Assembly: GCA_016721875.1 (NCBI GenBank)
Contig: JADKHG010000008.1
Span: 24,390 to 88,389, forward strand
Origin: Sphingomonadales bacterium
GTDB taxonomy: Bacteria; Pseudomonadota; Alphaproteobacteria; Sphingomonadales; Sphingomonadaceae
Length of the DNA: 64,000 nt
Direction of reading: 5' to 3'
The first letter of the stretch is position 1; the number at the start of each line of letters is the position of its first letter. Under the pieces are notes generated by a model that searched no databases, was not told where the DNA came from, and saw only the letters and a program-made list of their open reading frames with translations. This document shows, one piece after another, positions 40,281-49,855 of this stretch. Made by a program: the position numbers and the translations under genes.

Positions 40281-41188
40281 ATGACTGACCTGAGCAAAGT
40301 CGGCGCATTTGCCATAGATAGAGGTCGCGATCACTCGGCGTATGCGCTGCGACCGCGCCCTTCGCTCGGCAATGAAATCTTTGCGGCCTTCATTCGCGAC
40401 ACACGCAAGCTGGATTTGCAGCCCCGGCAAAGGTTCAGCTTCTACCCCGCTTTTCCGTTCTGCGTTGTCAACTGGATCTTCGATGGCGCTGCTTACGAAG
40501 TTGCTGGATGCGACGCAGATGTTGACCTGGGCACGGTTCAGCCTCTGCCGAAAGTCTATTTTTGTGGCCCCCGGACGAAGCCGGCGATCCTCTGGAACCC
40601 GGGCAAGACTGTCGTCCTGTCCGTTGGATTTTACCCTCATGCGATTGCAGCGTTGACACACAGTGACGTGGCCGAGCTTGTCGACGTAACAGCGCCTGCC
40701 AGTGCAATCTTGGGAAAGGATATTGCCGCAATCTGTGCCAGCGTCGCAAAAGCCGCCGACCCGGAAGTCGCTTTCGCGCTATTGCAGGACGAACTTGTCC
40801 AGCGGGCAACCATGTCGCCTCCAATCTCATTACCGGGCGAGGCAGACCGCGTCCGCGCGTGGGAACCGGCCATCGCGCTCGAAGCCGCAGGACCGCCTGG
40901 CACAAGGAGCAAGCGCCAGATCGAGCGCCGCATCAAGCAATGGACCGGACATGCACGGCGCGGCCTCGCAATGTACTTGCGCGCGGAGCAATTCTTCGAA
41001 CAGGCGCTCTTGGCGGGATCGCAAGAACCGCCTTGGTCGGGGTTGCCCATGACTTGTGATTTTCGGATCAGTCGCACATGATCCGTGACACAAAACGCCT
41101 CACGGGATTCACGCCAAGGGCGCTCTATCGCCGTCTCGATGAAGAACCATTCTGGTGCTATCGTGTGTTGGGTGGTCTGTTGGCTTAG
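40281..41188 (+). pseudogene. AraC family transcriptional regulator, frame broken
   Basis: ORF 40281-41081 carries the first HTH (SKRQIERRIKQWTGHARRGLAMYLRAEQ). The second HTH (FSDQSHMIRDTKRLTGFTPRALYRRL) is in the +1 frame and ends at TAG 41186-41188. One G is missing in the G4 run 41039-41042. An in-frame TGA at 41057-41059 is explained by compensating TT/G indels at 41054-41058. Confidence 0.7.
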
Positions 41189-41911
41189 AATTGCGGTTAC
41201 ACGTTGCAATTGCTGGATCCAAATAGATTTGTCGGCGACAATTTTGGTTCCATTCCGTTGACAGCGGGAATTCCGGGCGGTCGGTAATTGCTTTTCGATT
41301 GCGCAAAGCGGGCAGTGCACAACCGGCCCCAGTCGGAATATGTATCGTTGCGCGAATGTGCGGCCGTTTTCGAAAGCCAAGCGAAGCGCTGCGAAGGTCT
41401 GCTATGGCTGCGATGCTCGCCACCGGGCAAAATAATCCATCGGCGACTAAGGTTGGGAGGCGGTGCGATTCTGGCGCGACCTTCAAAATATGTGCTTCAG
41501 CGATCTTTGAGCCATTCTTCAACTTCCGCCAAATCCCAATCCAAGCAGCGCGGGGAAAGATTGAAGCGGTGCGAGAACTCGCCTCGTTTTTGCATCTCGA
41601 AGGCCGTCCGGGCAGCAAGCGGCACTATCAACCGAAGTTCGTGCCACCTGATCGTTTGAGTCAGCCCAGATAGCACCGTCGCTGGACCAGCGCGAGTATT
41701 GGCACGTCCGCCGTTGCCATCGTTAAATCGCTATGCATTATGGGTTCTTGCACGCTTTGGTTTGCATACCATAATTCCTCTCCTTCTTTGACAGAGGAGG
41801 CAGTAATGGCGAACTGGTTCCCTAAATCGTTCTTGCAAAATGACGGTCATCCGCGAATCGACGGGCGGCTGCTCGCCTGCCTAATTTGCCAAAACCGCTC
41901 GCGCAACTCTC

Positions 41912-42420
41912 TCACGGCAAAGCGACAAACTTCCCAGCGTCCCTATCTTTGCGCACCTTCAGCCCGTCAAATACCTGCCCGCTCATCGCGATCCACACGC
42001 CCGCCGGGGCGACCTGCGCCGTTGCAAAGGCCATGCCGAGGTTGAAATTGGCGTCGGTCTCGGCAAAGCGGGCGGGGGATAGCGCTCCGGTCAGGACGAT
42101 GGTTTGCCCGGCACTGCGGCGGCCAGCACCTTCGCGGTTTCGGTCATGGTGTCGGTGCCATGGGTGATGACGATGCGGTTTTCAGGTGCCTCGCGCGCGG
42201 CACTGGCGACGGAAAGCCGGTCGGCATCGGTCAGCTCAAGGCTGTCCTTGCGCATCAGCTCGACAAGGCGGAAGGGCAGCGCCACCCGCGCTTCCTTGAG
42301 CAATGCCGGAATGCCGCTGTCGACAATCTGATATTCGGACAGCGCGTCGAAATAATTTTTGTCGATCGTGCCGCCGGTGGTGAGGATGAGGATACCAGTG
42401 TCTGCCATGGCAACGCGCAT
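41912..42420 (-). pseudogene. short asparaginase-family protein, frameshifted
   Basis: ORF 42091-42420 (ILILTTGGTIDK, ITHGTDTM) continues after the T3 run 42103-42105 as TIVLTGALSPARFAETDANFNLGMAFATAQ... to TGA 41912-41914. Confidence 0.65.
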
Positions 42421-42467
42421 AGCCGATGCAGCGCATCAGGCAAAGGCCAGCGTCTGACTCCGATCCC

Positions 42468-43133
42468 TCAAGCAGCTTCGGCCAATGCCTCCAACTCCAT
42501 CCGCCCGATGGCCGTGCGCAACCGATCTGCGGTGACGGGCTCCAGTGCGTGATCGAACAGGGTCAAATGTCGCAACAACGTCTTGCGCACCGCACCCGTC
42601 CCTTCAGCGGTTGGTTCACCCATTTCGCGAAAATGCTCCAGCCCATAACGCAGGATGATCGTCGCATTGATCGCCAGATCGCGCAGCTGCCCGCGCGGCC
42701 AGTCGAGCAGACGGTGATCGACCAGAGCGGCAAGATGTTCCTCAAACTGGACGAAGCTTGCTTCCAGCCAATGCGGCGCTTGCGCAGAGATGCTTTCAAC
42801 ATGCTCGCCATAGGTGGCCTGATCACGAAACAGGAAACGGAAGGTGCGGAATTCGTGCATGCACGTCTTAAGCAGCGCGACATAATCTTCAACACAGTCC
42901 GTCGCCATTCCTGGATGCAGTCGCAACCGCGCTGCTATACTGTCCGCATAATGCGCTGCGATCGCCTCGAGCAGCGCTCGCTTGGTCTTGAAATGATACC
43001 AGAGATTGCCCTCTGCCATGCCGAGATGAGAAGCGAGCGCGGCGGTGGTGACTTCGCCATAGCCGCGTTCGTTGAACAGCCGTCGAGCGGCTTCGACAAT
43101 GCGATCCCGCGTTTTTAAGACCGGGGTTGCCAT
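42468..43133 (-). CDS. TetR family transcriptional regulator
   Basis: HTH RIVEAARRLFNERGYGEVTTAALASHLGMAEGNLWYHFKTK. Start overlaps the P450 stop by 1 nt. Confidence 0.85.
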   Translation of the reverse strand: MATPVLKTRDRIVEAARRLFNERGYGEVTTAALASHLGMAEGNLWYHFKTKRALLEAIAAHYADSIAARLRLHPGMATDCVEDYVALLKTCMHEFRTFRFLFRDQATYGEHVESISAQAPHWLEASFVQFEEHLAALVDHRLLDWPRGQLRDLAINATIILRYGLEHFREMGEPTAEGTGAVRKTLLRHLTLFDHALEPVTADRLRTAIGRMELEALAEAA

Positions 43134-44383
43134 CAGTAATGCGATAGCTCAACCTGCATCGATTTAAAGCCATGGACGAAGCATTGCTCGACGCGTTCGG
43201 GCTCGCCGATCACATTGACGCGCAGCCGCCTTTTGGCCATTTCCTCAAGCAAAATGTGCAATTGCAGCTCGGCGACACGCGCGCCGACACAGCGGTGGAT
43301 GCCATAGCCGAATGACAGGTGTCGGCGGGCATTTTCCCGGTCAACGCGGATGCTGTCGGCATCGTCAAACACGCTTTCGTCGCGATTGGCGGAGATATAC
43401 CAGAGTACCACCTTGTCGCCCTTTTTCATCGACACACCATCCACCTCGGTATCCTCCTGCACGGTGCGGCGCATATGGGCGAGCGGGGTTTGCCAACGGA
43501 TGATTTCCTGCACCGCATTGGGGATCAGATCGGGGTTTGCCTCCAGCTTGGCCCGTTCCTCCGGGAATTGCGACAGGGCATAGGCATAGGCCGACATGGT
43601 GTTGCGTGTGGTGTCATTGCCGCCCACGATCAGCAGGATCAGATTGCCGATAAATTCTTCCTGCGCCATCTGGCTCATCGCGTCCGATTGCAGCATGACC
43701 GAAATCAGGTCCTTGCCGGGATTGGCAATCCGCTGTTGCCAAAGTTCGGCAAATTTGGCTCCCATTTCGAACAGCAGTGTCTGGCGCGTCTCAATACCGT
43801 TGGGGCGAAATAGCAATTCAATATCGCCGCTGGTATCGGACCAATGGGTCAGCTTGTGCCGTTCCGCCCATGGAAAATCGAACAATTTGGCAAGCATGCC
43901 GGTGGTGAGTTCGATCGAAACCTTTTCCACCCAGTCAAAGCGTTCACCAATGGGCAGCGAATCGAGCAGTTCACCGGTGCGCTGTTGCACTTCCGCTTTC
44001 ATCGCCGCAACTTCGCTCGGGCCGAAGGACGGGGCGACGGTCCGACGCTGGCCGGTGTGGCGTGGCGGGTCCATCGCGATGAACATCGGCATCCGGATTT
44101 CGCCTTCCATCAGCTTTTCCGGATCGAAGGCAACGGTAATGCCGCCATATTCCCAACTGGATGAGAATATTTTGGGTAGCGATTCGATGTAAATGATCGG
44201 CTTGTGCGTGGTGACCGACCAATAGGGGCCGAATTTGGAATCGGCGACATAATGGATCGGCGATTCCGCACGCAGCTTGCGAAAGGGTTCCTGCCAGCGG
44301 TCTTCGGAATAGAGTTCGGACCGCGTGACATCGAACGGGTCAATGGCGGGCGCAGCTGCGGTGACAGGGGACATTTCGTTCAT
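43133..44383 (-). CDS. cytochrome P450, CYP153-like
   Basis: Heme loop FGYGIHRCVGARVAE, I-helix LLIVGGNDTTRN (CYP153 hallmark), EIIRW. ATG 44383 behind AGGAGA; GTG 44386 is in the track. Confidence 0.9.
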   Translation of the reverse strand: MNEMSPVTAAAPAIDPFDVTRSELYSEDRWQEPFRKLRAESPIHYVADSKFGPYWSVTTHKPIIYIESLPKIFSSSWEYGGITVAFDPEKLMEGEIRMPMFIAMDPPRHTGQRRTVAPSFGPSEVAAMKAEVQQRTGELLDSLPIGERFDWVEKVSIELTTGMLAKLFDFPWAERHKLTHWSDTSGDIELLFRPNGIETRQTLLFEMGAKFAELWQQRIANPGKDLISVMLQSDAMSQMAQEEFIGNLILLIVGGNDTTRNTMSAYAYALSQFPEERAKLEANPDLIPNAVQEIIRWQTPLAHMRRTVQEDTEVDGVSMKKGDKVVLWYISANRDESVFDDADSIRVDRENARRHLSFGYGIHRCVGARVAELQLHILLEEMAKRRLRVNVIGEPERVEQCFVHGFKSMQVELSHY

Positions 44384-44403
44384 CACACTCTCCTGATGTT
44401 CAT

Positions 44404-44423
44404 TTTAGGGTAAATACCCTAAA
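44404..44423. promoter_or_regulatory. 20-bp palindrome, candidate TetR operator
   Basis: TTTAGGGTA-AA-TACCCTAAA with perfect 9-bp arms, starting 21 nt upstream of the P450 ATG. Confidence 0.45.
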
Positions 44424-44454
44424 TTTCGCAAAAGGCAAGCTGTGATGGCCGGTG

Positions 44455-44832
44455 CTATCGCGGTAATCCTTCCACAAGCCAAAATCGTGCCTGCGAAGCG
44501 CGCCGGCGGATCGGGGCTACTGCCTGATATTCAGGGGAATTGTAGAAAGCCTTTGCCTGATCAAAGCTGGGGAAGGCGACTATTGCGATCCGTCCCGCAG
44601 GTGGCGGACCCTCAAGCTGTTCAACCCTGCCACCTCGCGCGAGATATTTGCCGCCATATTTGGCCACAGCAGCGGTCGCGCCCGGCACATAGGCTTTATA
44701 GGCCTCAGCGTCGGTGACTTGAACCTCTGCGATGATATAGGCTTTAGGGGATTTCGCTGGCTTTGCCGCCGCATAACCGCCTGCTGCCGCCAATAAGGCG
44801 GTGGCCAACGTCCATCCGAAATGCACTCGCAT
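44455..44832 (-). CDS. DUF1330 domain protein with signal peptide
   Basis: Start ATG 44832. AYIIAEVQVTDAEAYKAY...IVAFPSFDQAKAFYNSPEYQ. Confidence 0.75.
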   Translation of the reverse strand: MRVHFGWTLATALLAAAGGYAAAKPAKSPKAYIIAEVQVTDAEAYKAYVPGATAAVAKYGGKYLARGGRVEQLEGPPPAGRIAIVAFPSFDQAKAFYNSPEYQAVAPIRRRASQARFWLVEGLPR

Positions 44833-44887
44833 ATTTGCCTCCCCAACCGTAATTGCTAGAGCGGATACCAACTACAAGGAGCGGCCA

Positions 44888-45292
44888 ATGTCCATCGACT
44901 ATATCATGATCGGGTCGAACGACCTCGGGCGATCACGCGCCTTTTACGACGCAGTAATGCCGCATTTGGGCGGCACGCTGGCGCATGATTATGAAGGGAT
45001 CACCTTTGGCTATGCGATGGAGCATGGGGTGACGGTGTGGGTTGCGCGCCCGCATGATCGCGGGGCTGCGGTACCCGGCAATGGATCTATGCCCGGCTTT
45101 GGTTGTGCGACCCGCGAGGCGGTCGATGCCGCGCATGCCGCCGCTTTGGCGAACGGAGGAACCAACGAAGGTGCTCCCGGTCCGAGGCCGATTTATGGCC
45201 CCGAATTTTACGGCGGTTATGTCCGCGATCCCGATGGCAACAAGATGAGTTTCGTGCTCGCTGGAACTTCGGCAGAAGGAGGCAGCGAATGA
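44888..45292 (+). CDS. VOC (glyoxalase/bleomycin resistance) family protein
   Basis: Start ATG 44888. MIGSNDLGRSRAFYDAV...GGYVRDPDGNKMSF. Confidence 0.8.
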   Translation: MSIDYIMIGSNDLGRSRAFYDAVMPHLGGTLAHDYEGITFGYAMEHGVTVWVARPHDRGAAVPGNGSMPGFGCATREAVDAAHAAALANGGTNEGAPGPRPIYGPEFYGGYVRDPDGNKMSFVLAGTSAEGGSE

Positions 45293-45639
45293 ATGTGACC
45301 CTTTATGGCATCCCCAATTGCGATACGGTGAAAAAGGCCCGCGTCTGGCTCGACGCGCAAGGGATCGGCTATGATTTCCACGATTATAAGAAAGCCGGTG
45401 CCGACGCAGGCAAGCTTGCCGCGTGGTGTGACGCCAAGGGGTGGGAGACAATCCTCAACCGCGCGGGTACGACCTTCAAGAAACTGCCTGATGCTGACAA
45501 GGCCGACTTGACGCAAGCCAAGGCTATCAAGTTGATGCTCGACCAGCCGAGCATGATCAAGCGACCGGTGGTTGAATATCCCGGCGGCTTGCTCGTCGGT
45601 TTCAAGCTGCCCGAATGGGAGGCTGCGTTCGGCAAATGA
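45289..45639 (+). CDS. ArsC/Spx family protein (YffB-like)
   Basis: MNVTLYGIPNCDTVKKARVWL...MIKRPV. ATGA overlap upstream. Confidence 0.8.
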   Translation: MNVTLYGIPNCDTVKKARVWLDAQGIGYDFHDYKKAGADAGKLAAWCDAKGWETILNRAGTTFKKLPDADKADLTQAKAIKLMLDQPSMIKRPVVEYPGGLLVGFKLPEWEAAFGK

Positions 45640-46445
45640 ACCCGATTGCCACTGCGCTTGCCGAAGCGGTTACCGGTTGGCTGACACCGGGCAAGCCGCT
45701 GGTGCTAGGGCTGTGCGGGACGCAGGCGTCGGGAAAGTCCACAGCGGCTGCACAATTGGCGGAGCATTTTGGCGGGCAGGGGCTGAACGTCGGGGTGCTG
45801 TCACTCGACGATCTCTATCTGGGGCGGACGGTGCGAGCGGAAATGGCAAAGGTAGCGCATCCGCTGTTTGCGACGCGCGGGCCCCCGGGGACGCACGATA
45901 CTGCGATTGGCATTGCCACACTCGATGCAGTGAAGCGCGGCGATCCGGTCATGCTGCCGCGTTTCGACAAACGCGCCGACGAGCCGCTGCCGTCGCGCGA
46001 ATGGCCGTTGCTCGATGGTCCGTGCGACCTGCTGATCTTCGAAGGCTGGTGCGTCGGCGCGGTGTCGGTGCCGGACGCAATGCTGGCCGAACCGGTCAAT
46101 GCACTCGAACGCGAGAAGGACCCGGATGGTATCTGGCGGCATAGCTGGAACACACATCTGGCGGATGAGACCGCAGCGCTTTTCGCACGGATTGACCGAC
46201 TAGCCTATCTGCGCCCGCCATCATTCGAGATTGTCCGGATTTGGCGCAGCGAGCAAGAGCGACGCTATCAGGCGCAAGAGGGCGAACGCGCGGCGGCGGC
46301 GATGACCGACGAGCAGGTCGCGCGCTTCATTGCCCATTATGAGCGGCTGACGCGTTGGATCATGGACGAGATGCCTGGTCGCGCGGATGTAACAATAAGG
46401 CTGGATGAGGGGCGCAATGTCCTCTCGGTGGAGACGCTTGTGTGA
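45636..46445 (+). CDS. P-loop kinase, glycerate 3-kinase-like
   Basis: Start ATG 45636. Walker A GTQASGKST followed by LSLDDLYL. Confidence 0.6.
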   Translation: MNPIATALAEAVTGWLTPGKPLVLGLCGTQASGKSTAAAQLAEHFGGQGLNVGVLSLDDLYLGRTVRAEMAKVAHPLFATRGPPGTHDTAIGIATLDAVKRGDPVMLPRFDKRADEPLPSREWPLLDGPCDLLIFEGWCVGAVSVPDAMLAEPVNALEREKDPDGIWRHSWNTHLADETAALFARIDRLAYLRPPSFEIVRIWRSEQERRYQAQEGERAAAAMTDEQVARFIAHYERLTRWIMDEMPGRADVTIRLDEGRNVLSVETLV

Positions 46446-47503
46446 TCCGGCTTCTATGCACACTCTCGTTACTCATACTGTCGGCCTGTTCGGGCGCGGT
46501 GCAGGAAAGGAAATTACCTGTGAAAGAACCCATCATCATCGCCCATCGCGGTGCCAGCGGCGAACGGCCCGAACATACAATCGCCAGCTATACGCTTGCC
46601 ATTGAGCAAGGCGCGGATTTTATCGAGCCCGATCTGGTGTTGACCAAGGACGGCGTGCTGGTGGCGCGGCATGAGAATGAGATTTCCGAAACCACAAATG
46701 TCGCGGCACACCCCGAATTTGCCTACCGCAAGACGACCAAGACCATCGACGGCGAGAAAAAGACCGGCTGGTTCACCGAGGATTTCACGCTCGCCGAACT
46801 TAAAACGCTGCGCGCGAAGGAGCGGCTGCCGCAATTGCGCAAAGCGAATATGGCGTTTGACGGCCAATTTGAAATCCCGACGTTTGAAGAGATTATAGAG
46901 CTTGCGCAGGCCAAGTCGAAGGAGACGGGGCGGGTGATCGGCATTTATCCCGAAACCAAGCATCCCAGCTATTTTGCCTCCATAGGGCTGCCGCACGAAG
47001 CCCCTTTGCTCGCGATGCTGGAAAAACAGGGCTATACCGAAAAGGCCGATCCGCTGTTCATCCAGTCGTTCGAGGTCGAAAATCTGAAGGCGCTACGCGG
47101 CAAGACCAAGCTCCGACTGATCCAGTTGATGGATGAGAAAGGCAGCCCCGCTGATCGTGCCGATCTCAGCTATCCGCAGATGGCGACCGCCGATGGGCTG
47201 AAGGCGGTTGCGCAATATGCCGACGGCATCGGCCCTAACAAGGCAATGGTGATCCCGCGCACGATGCTGGGCAATTTGGGCGAGCCGACTGCGCTGGTGC
47301 GCGATGCCCATGCAGTTGGGCTTGCGGTCCACCCCTGGACCTTTCGGCGGGAGAATTATTTCCTGCCATTGGGGCAGCGTTCGGGGCTGAACCCGGCGGG
47401 GCATGGTGATCTGGTGGCCGAGATCAAGGCGTTTCTAGCGGCAGGAGTGGACGGGTTTTTCAGTGACAACACGGCTGAAGCAGTTGAGGCTGTGGGGCGG
47501 TAA
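46442..47503 (+). CDS. glpQ: glycerophosphodiester phosphodiesterase
   Basis: Lipoprotein-like start LLILSACS. GDPD motifs IIAHRGASGERPEHT, FIEPDLVLTKDGVLVARHE. Confidence 0.85.
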   Translation: MIRLLCTLSLLILSACSGAVQERKLPVKEPIIIAHRGASGERPEHTIASYTLAIEQGADFIEPDLVLTKDGVLVARHENEISETTNVAAHPEFAYRKTTKTIDGEKKTGWFTEDFTLAELKTLRAKERLPQLRKANMAFDGQFEIPTFEEIIELAQAKSKETGRVIGIYPETKHPSYFASIGLPHEAPLLAMLEKQGYTEKADPLFIQSFEVENLKALRGKTKLRLIQLMDEKGSPADRADLSYPQMATADGLKAVAQYADGIGPNKAMVIPRTMLGNLGEPTALVRDAHAVGLAVHPWTFRRENYFLPLGQRSGLNPAGHGDLVAEIKAFLAAGVDGFFSDNTAEAVEAVGR

Positions 47504-47540
47504 AACTGTTTTCAATGACGGTTAAAAAGACACCGTAGCC

Positions 47541-47626
47541 CTGAGCTTGTCGAGCCGAAGGCCACCAGAGGTGAACGGCGCTTCAAAGTTTGTGCGTTCC
47601 TTGAAGGCGTGCTTCGACAGGCTCAG
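47541..47626. repeat. imperfect inverted repeat of the CTGAGC(C/T)TGTCGA...GAAG type
   Basis: CTGAGCTTGTCGAGCCGAAG at 47541-47560 vs CTTCGACAGGCTCAG at 47612-47626, with inner stem CTTCAA/TTGAAG at 47581-47606. A further 8-bp stem GGTGAAAG/CTTTCACC lies at 47633-47666. Confidence 0.3.
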
Positions 47627-47661
47627 CACTTCGGTGAAAGACTTGCTCGATTGTTGAGCTT

Positions 47662-48339
47662 TCACCCCACAATCGCCCGCGCAATTGCGCGAATAGCATC
47701 CGGATTGGCGACAAAGGCCATGTGGGTGCAGCTGAGTTCGACATGTGCATCGGCCTCTCCCGGCTGGCCGCGCGCTGCGGCAGGAGCGACGACGCCATCA
47801 CGCGGCGACCAGAATGCGATGGTGGGCACAGGTGGCTTTTCGTGCAGGCGCACCTCGATGGGTGGCGCATCGACACGGTGTCGGGCGATCAGCTGATATA
47901 CCCGCCACGCATTATTGGCACGCGGGTGCGCTGAAAACGGGCTGCCGAGCGTGATAACTTTGGCCACGCGGTCGGGGTCAATCTTTGCATATTCGCGCGC
48001 GAGCAATCCGCCAAGGCTCCAGCCGACCAAAGTTACCTGCTCGTCAGGAGCAAGCAGGTCGATCCGGTTGCGAATCCGATCAAGCGTGTCTGAACGCACC
48101 CCGCCATTACGGCCAAGACCCCAGCCATGCGACTGAAAACCGGCGGCGTCGAGCGACCGGCGCAAGCGTGCAGTGGTACGATCCGATGCCATAAAGCCGG
48201 GAAAAACAAGGACCCTACGACCTCCACCGTCGACATCCATCGGCACCGCAGGCGCAAAGCTGGCCCGCGCCCGCATGAAAGCGAACGATGTGGACTCGCG
48301 CAGCAGCAGCCGCTTTGAAGGAGGCGGCGCAAGAATCAA
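47662..48339 (-). CDS. alpha/beta hydrolase (lipase-like)
   Basis: 225 aa. GWSLGG nucleophile elbow. Confidence 0.7.
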   Translation of the reverse strand: MILAPPPSKRLLLRESTSFAFMRARASFAPAVPMDVDGGGRRVLVFPGFMASDRTTARLRRSLDAAGFQSHGWGLGRNGGVRSDTLDRIRNRIDLLAPDEQVTLVGWSLGGLLAREYAKIDPDRVAKVITLGSPFSAHPRANNAWRVYQLIARHRVDAPPIEVRLHEKPPVPTIAFWSPRDGVVAPAAARGQPGEADAHVELSCTHMAFVANPDAIRAIARAIVG

Positions 48340-49145
48340 ATGTCAGTCGGGCTTTCCAGAGGTGCGGCTTCGGACTGGACGGGAGGCTGGGCGGGGGCAT
48401 CAGCTGGAGGCGCAGGGACAACCGGTGCTGCGGGTGCCTGCGTCAGCGCGCTGCGTTCCAATATCTCAAGCGCCTCTTCGGTCTTCTGATAACGTGCCGC
48501 GAGTGCGAGCCAGCTTTTGGCTCCGTTGCTTCCTGGCATGGTGGAAACGCTGCGAACCGCTGCCCGGACATTGCCGGTGGCTAATAATGTACGAACCCGG
48601 TCAAGCGCTGCGTCGGGTCCGGCTGGCTTTGTGTCCGAGCGACGGAGCACGAACAGCGTTGCCATTTCCTTCTGTGCTTTTTCCCACAATGTGCCCTGCT
48701 TTTGCGTCAGTGTCGGCGCGATTTTGTCAAATTCACTTAGCAGGAGTGCTGGAGTCAGCTTGTCGCGCTGGGCCGACAATATTTGCTCGACCGCTCCGGG
48801 CTGGGTAGTACCAAAGGCGGCCTTCAGCCGGGCTTCATTATCGCCCAATGGCGTGCCGGCGGTGATCGCACGGCGGGTGGCAAGCGCCACCAGCATCGCT
48901 TCGGTTCGTGCGGAATCGGCGACAGGAACCACAAGCTGCGGCGAAACCGGGGCTGCGAGCATCGGCGCGGCTTCGGGGATCGCGGATGTAGTTGCATCGG
49001 AGTTCGCTTGCGGCATCACCCCGTCCTCAACCGCGGTCGAGCTGCTTTCCCAAGGGATCAGCCCGGAATCGCCCAGCCAGCCATAGGCCAAAACGCCGCC
49101 AGCAAAGGCTGCAATCGAAAGCACCAATCCAGCGCGCCAGTTCAA
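48336..49145 (-). CDS. membrane-anchored hypothetical protein following hemD
   Basis: 269 aa. N-terminal TM, Ala/Pro-rich. Its position after hemC-hemD is typical of alphaproteobacteria. Confidence 0.45.
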   Translation of the reverse strand: MNWRAGLVLSIAAFAGGVLAYGWLGDSGLIPWESSSTAVEDGVMPQANSDATTSAIPEAAPMLAAPVSPQLVVPVADSARTEAMLVALATRRAITAGTPLGDNEARLKAAFGTTQPGAVEQILSAQRDKLTPALLLSEFDKIAPTLTQKQGTLWEKAQKEMATLFVLRRSDTKPAGPDAALDRVRTLLATGNVRAAVRSVSTMPGSNGAKSWLALAARYQKTEEALEILERSALTQAPAAPVVPAPPADAPAQPPVQSEAAPLESPTDI

Positions 49146-49855
49146 ATTCTGTACTCCTTGTCCGACCCTGTAGCGCCAAGCTTACCAAGTGCCGCCAGCG
49201 CCGACAACAACGCATCGTCATTGGGTGCAGCCGCGACCGCAACCGCGCGCCAGCCTTCGCCTGCGGCTGCGGCAATGGCGGGGGAGAAAGCGGCTATGCT
49301 GAATGCCGCGCGATCAAGCTGCCAGCTATCGCAGCATGTGCCAAAATACTGTGCAGCGCGGATCGAATGCAGCGCCACTGCTTCGCAGCTTGCAACCGTA
49401 GCGCGGGCGTCGCCGGCGGGCTGCAGTGTTGCCGAGCGATAGACCGTTACGGGTTCGACCTGAACATCGCTTATGGATTCAAGCGCGCTGCGATCTTCGC
49501 CCGCCAGCCACAGCAAGTTTGTGTGCCCGGCAGAGCCCGCAGCGGCGACAGCTTCGTTAGCGCCCGACGTGCTTGTCGTGGCAATGGTGAAGCCCGCCTT
49601 GGCAGCGATGCCCGCACTGTGCGCGCCAACTGCGTGGACCGGCAACGACAGCAGCGCCGAAAGTGCATCGTCACCCTGCCGGATGGCGTTGGCGCTGGTG
49701 ATCAACAGCGCGTCATAGTGCGAAGGATCGGGCACGGACCAGTCGACCGGTTCGACCTGAAACAGCGGCAGTTGCACTGGCTCAAACCCTGCGGCCTGCA
49801 CACGGCTGGCACTGGCATCATTGCCCGGTTGCGGGCGGATGATCAGCAACCTCAT
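49142..49855 (-). CDS. hemD: uroporphyrinogen-III synthase
   Basis: Start ATG 49855 (overlaps the hemC stop) inside ORF 49142-49966. [11 protein letters not shown]...LLITSANA. Confidence 0.75.
   Translation of the reverse strand: MRLLIIRPQPGNDASASRVQAAGFEPVQLPLFQVEPVDWSVPDPSHYDALLITSANAIRQGDDALSALLSLPVHAVGAHSAGIAAKAGFTIATTSTSGANEAVAAAGSAGHTNLLWLAGEDRSALESISDVQVEPVTVYRSATLQPAGDARATVASCEAVALHSIRAAQYFGTCCDSWQLDRAAFSIAAFSPAIAAAAGEGWRAVAVAAAPNDDALLSALAALGKLGATGSDKEYRI

Noticed and set aside
41299-41673. A plus-strand ORF containing MCGRF, the N-terminal signature of SRAP/YedK-type proteins, and the overlapping minus-strand ORF 41109-41618.
   Set aside because: The SRAP resemblance stops after the pentapeptide in all three frames: no YN.AP, RWG or ARAE motifs follow. 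The minus-strand ORF has no motifs and overlaps the AraC 3' end. The region is best treated as non-coding or degenerate.
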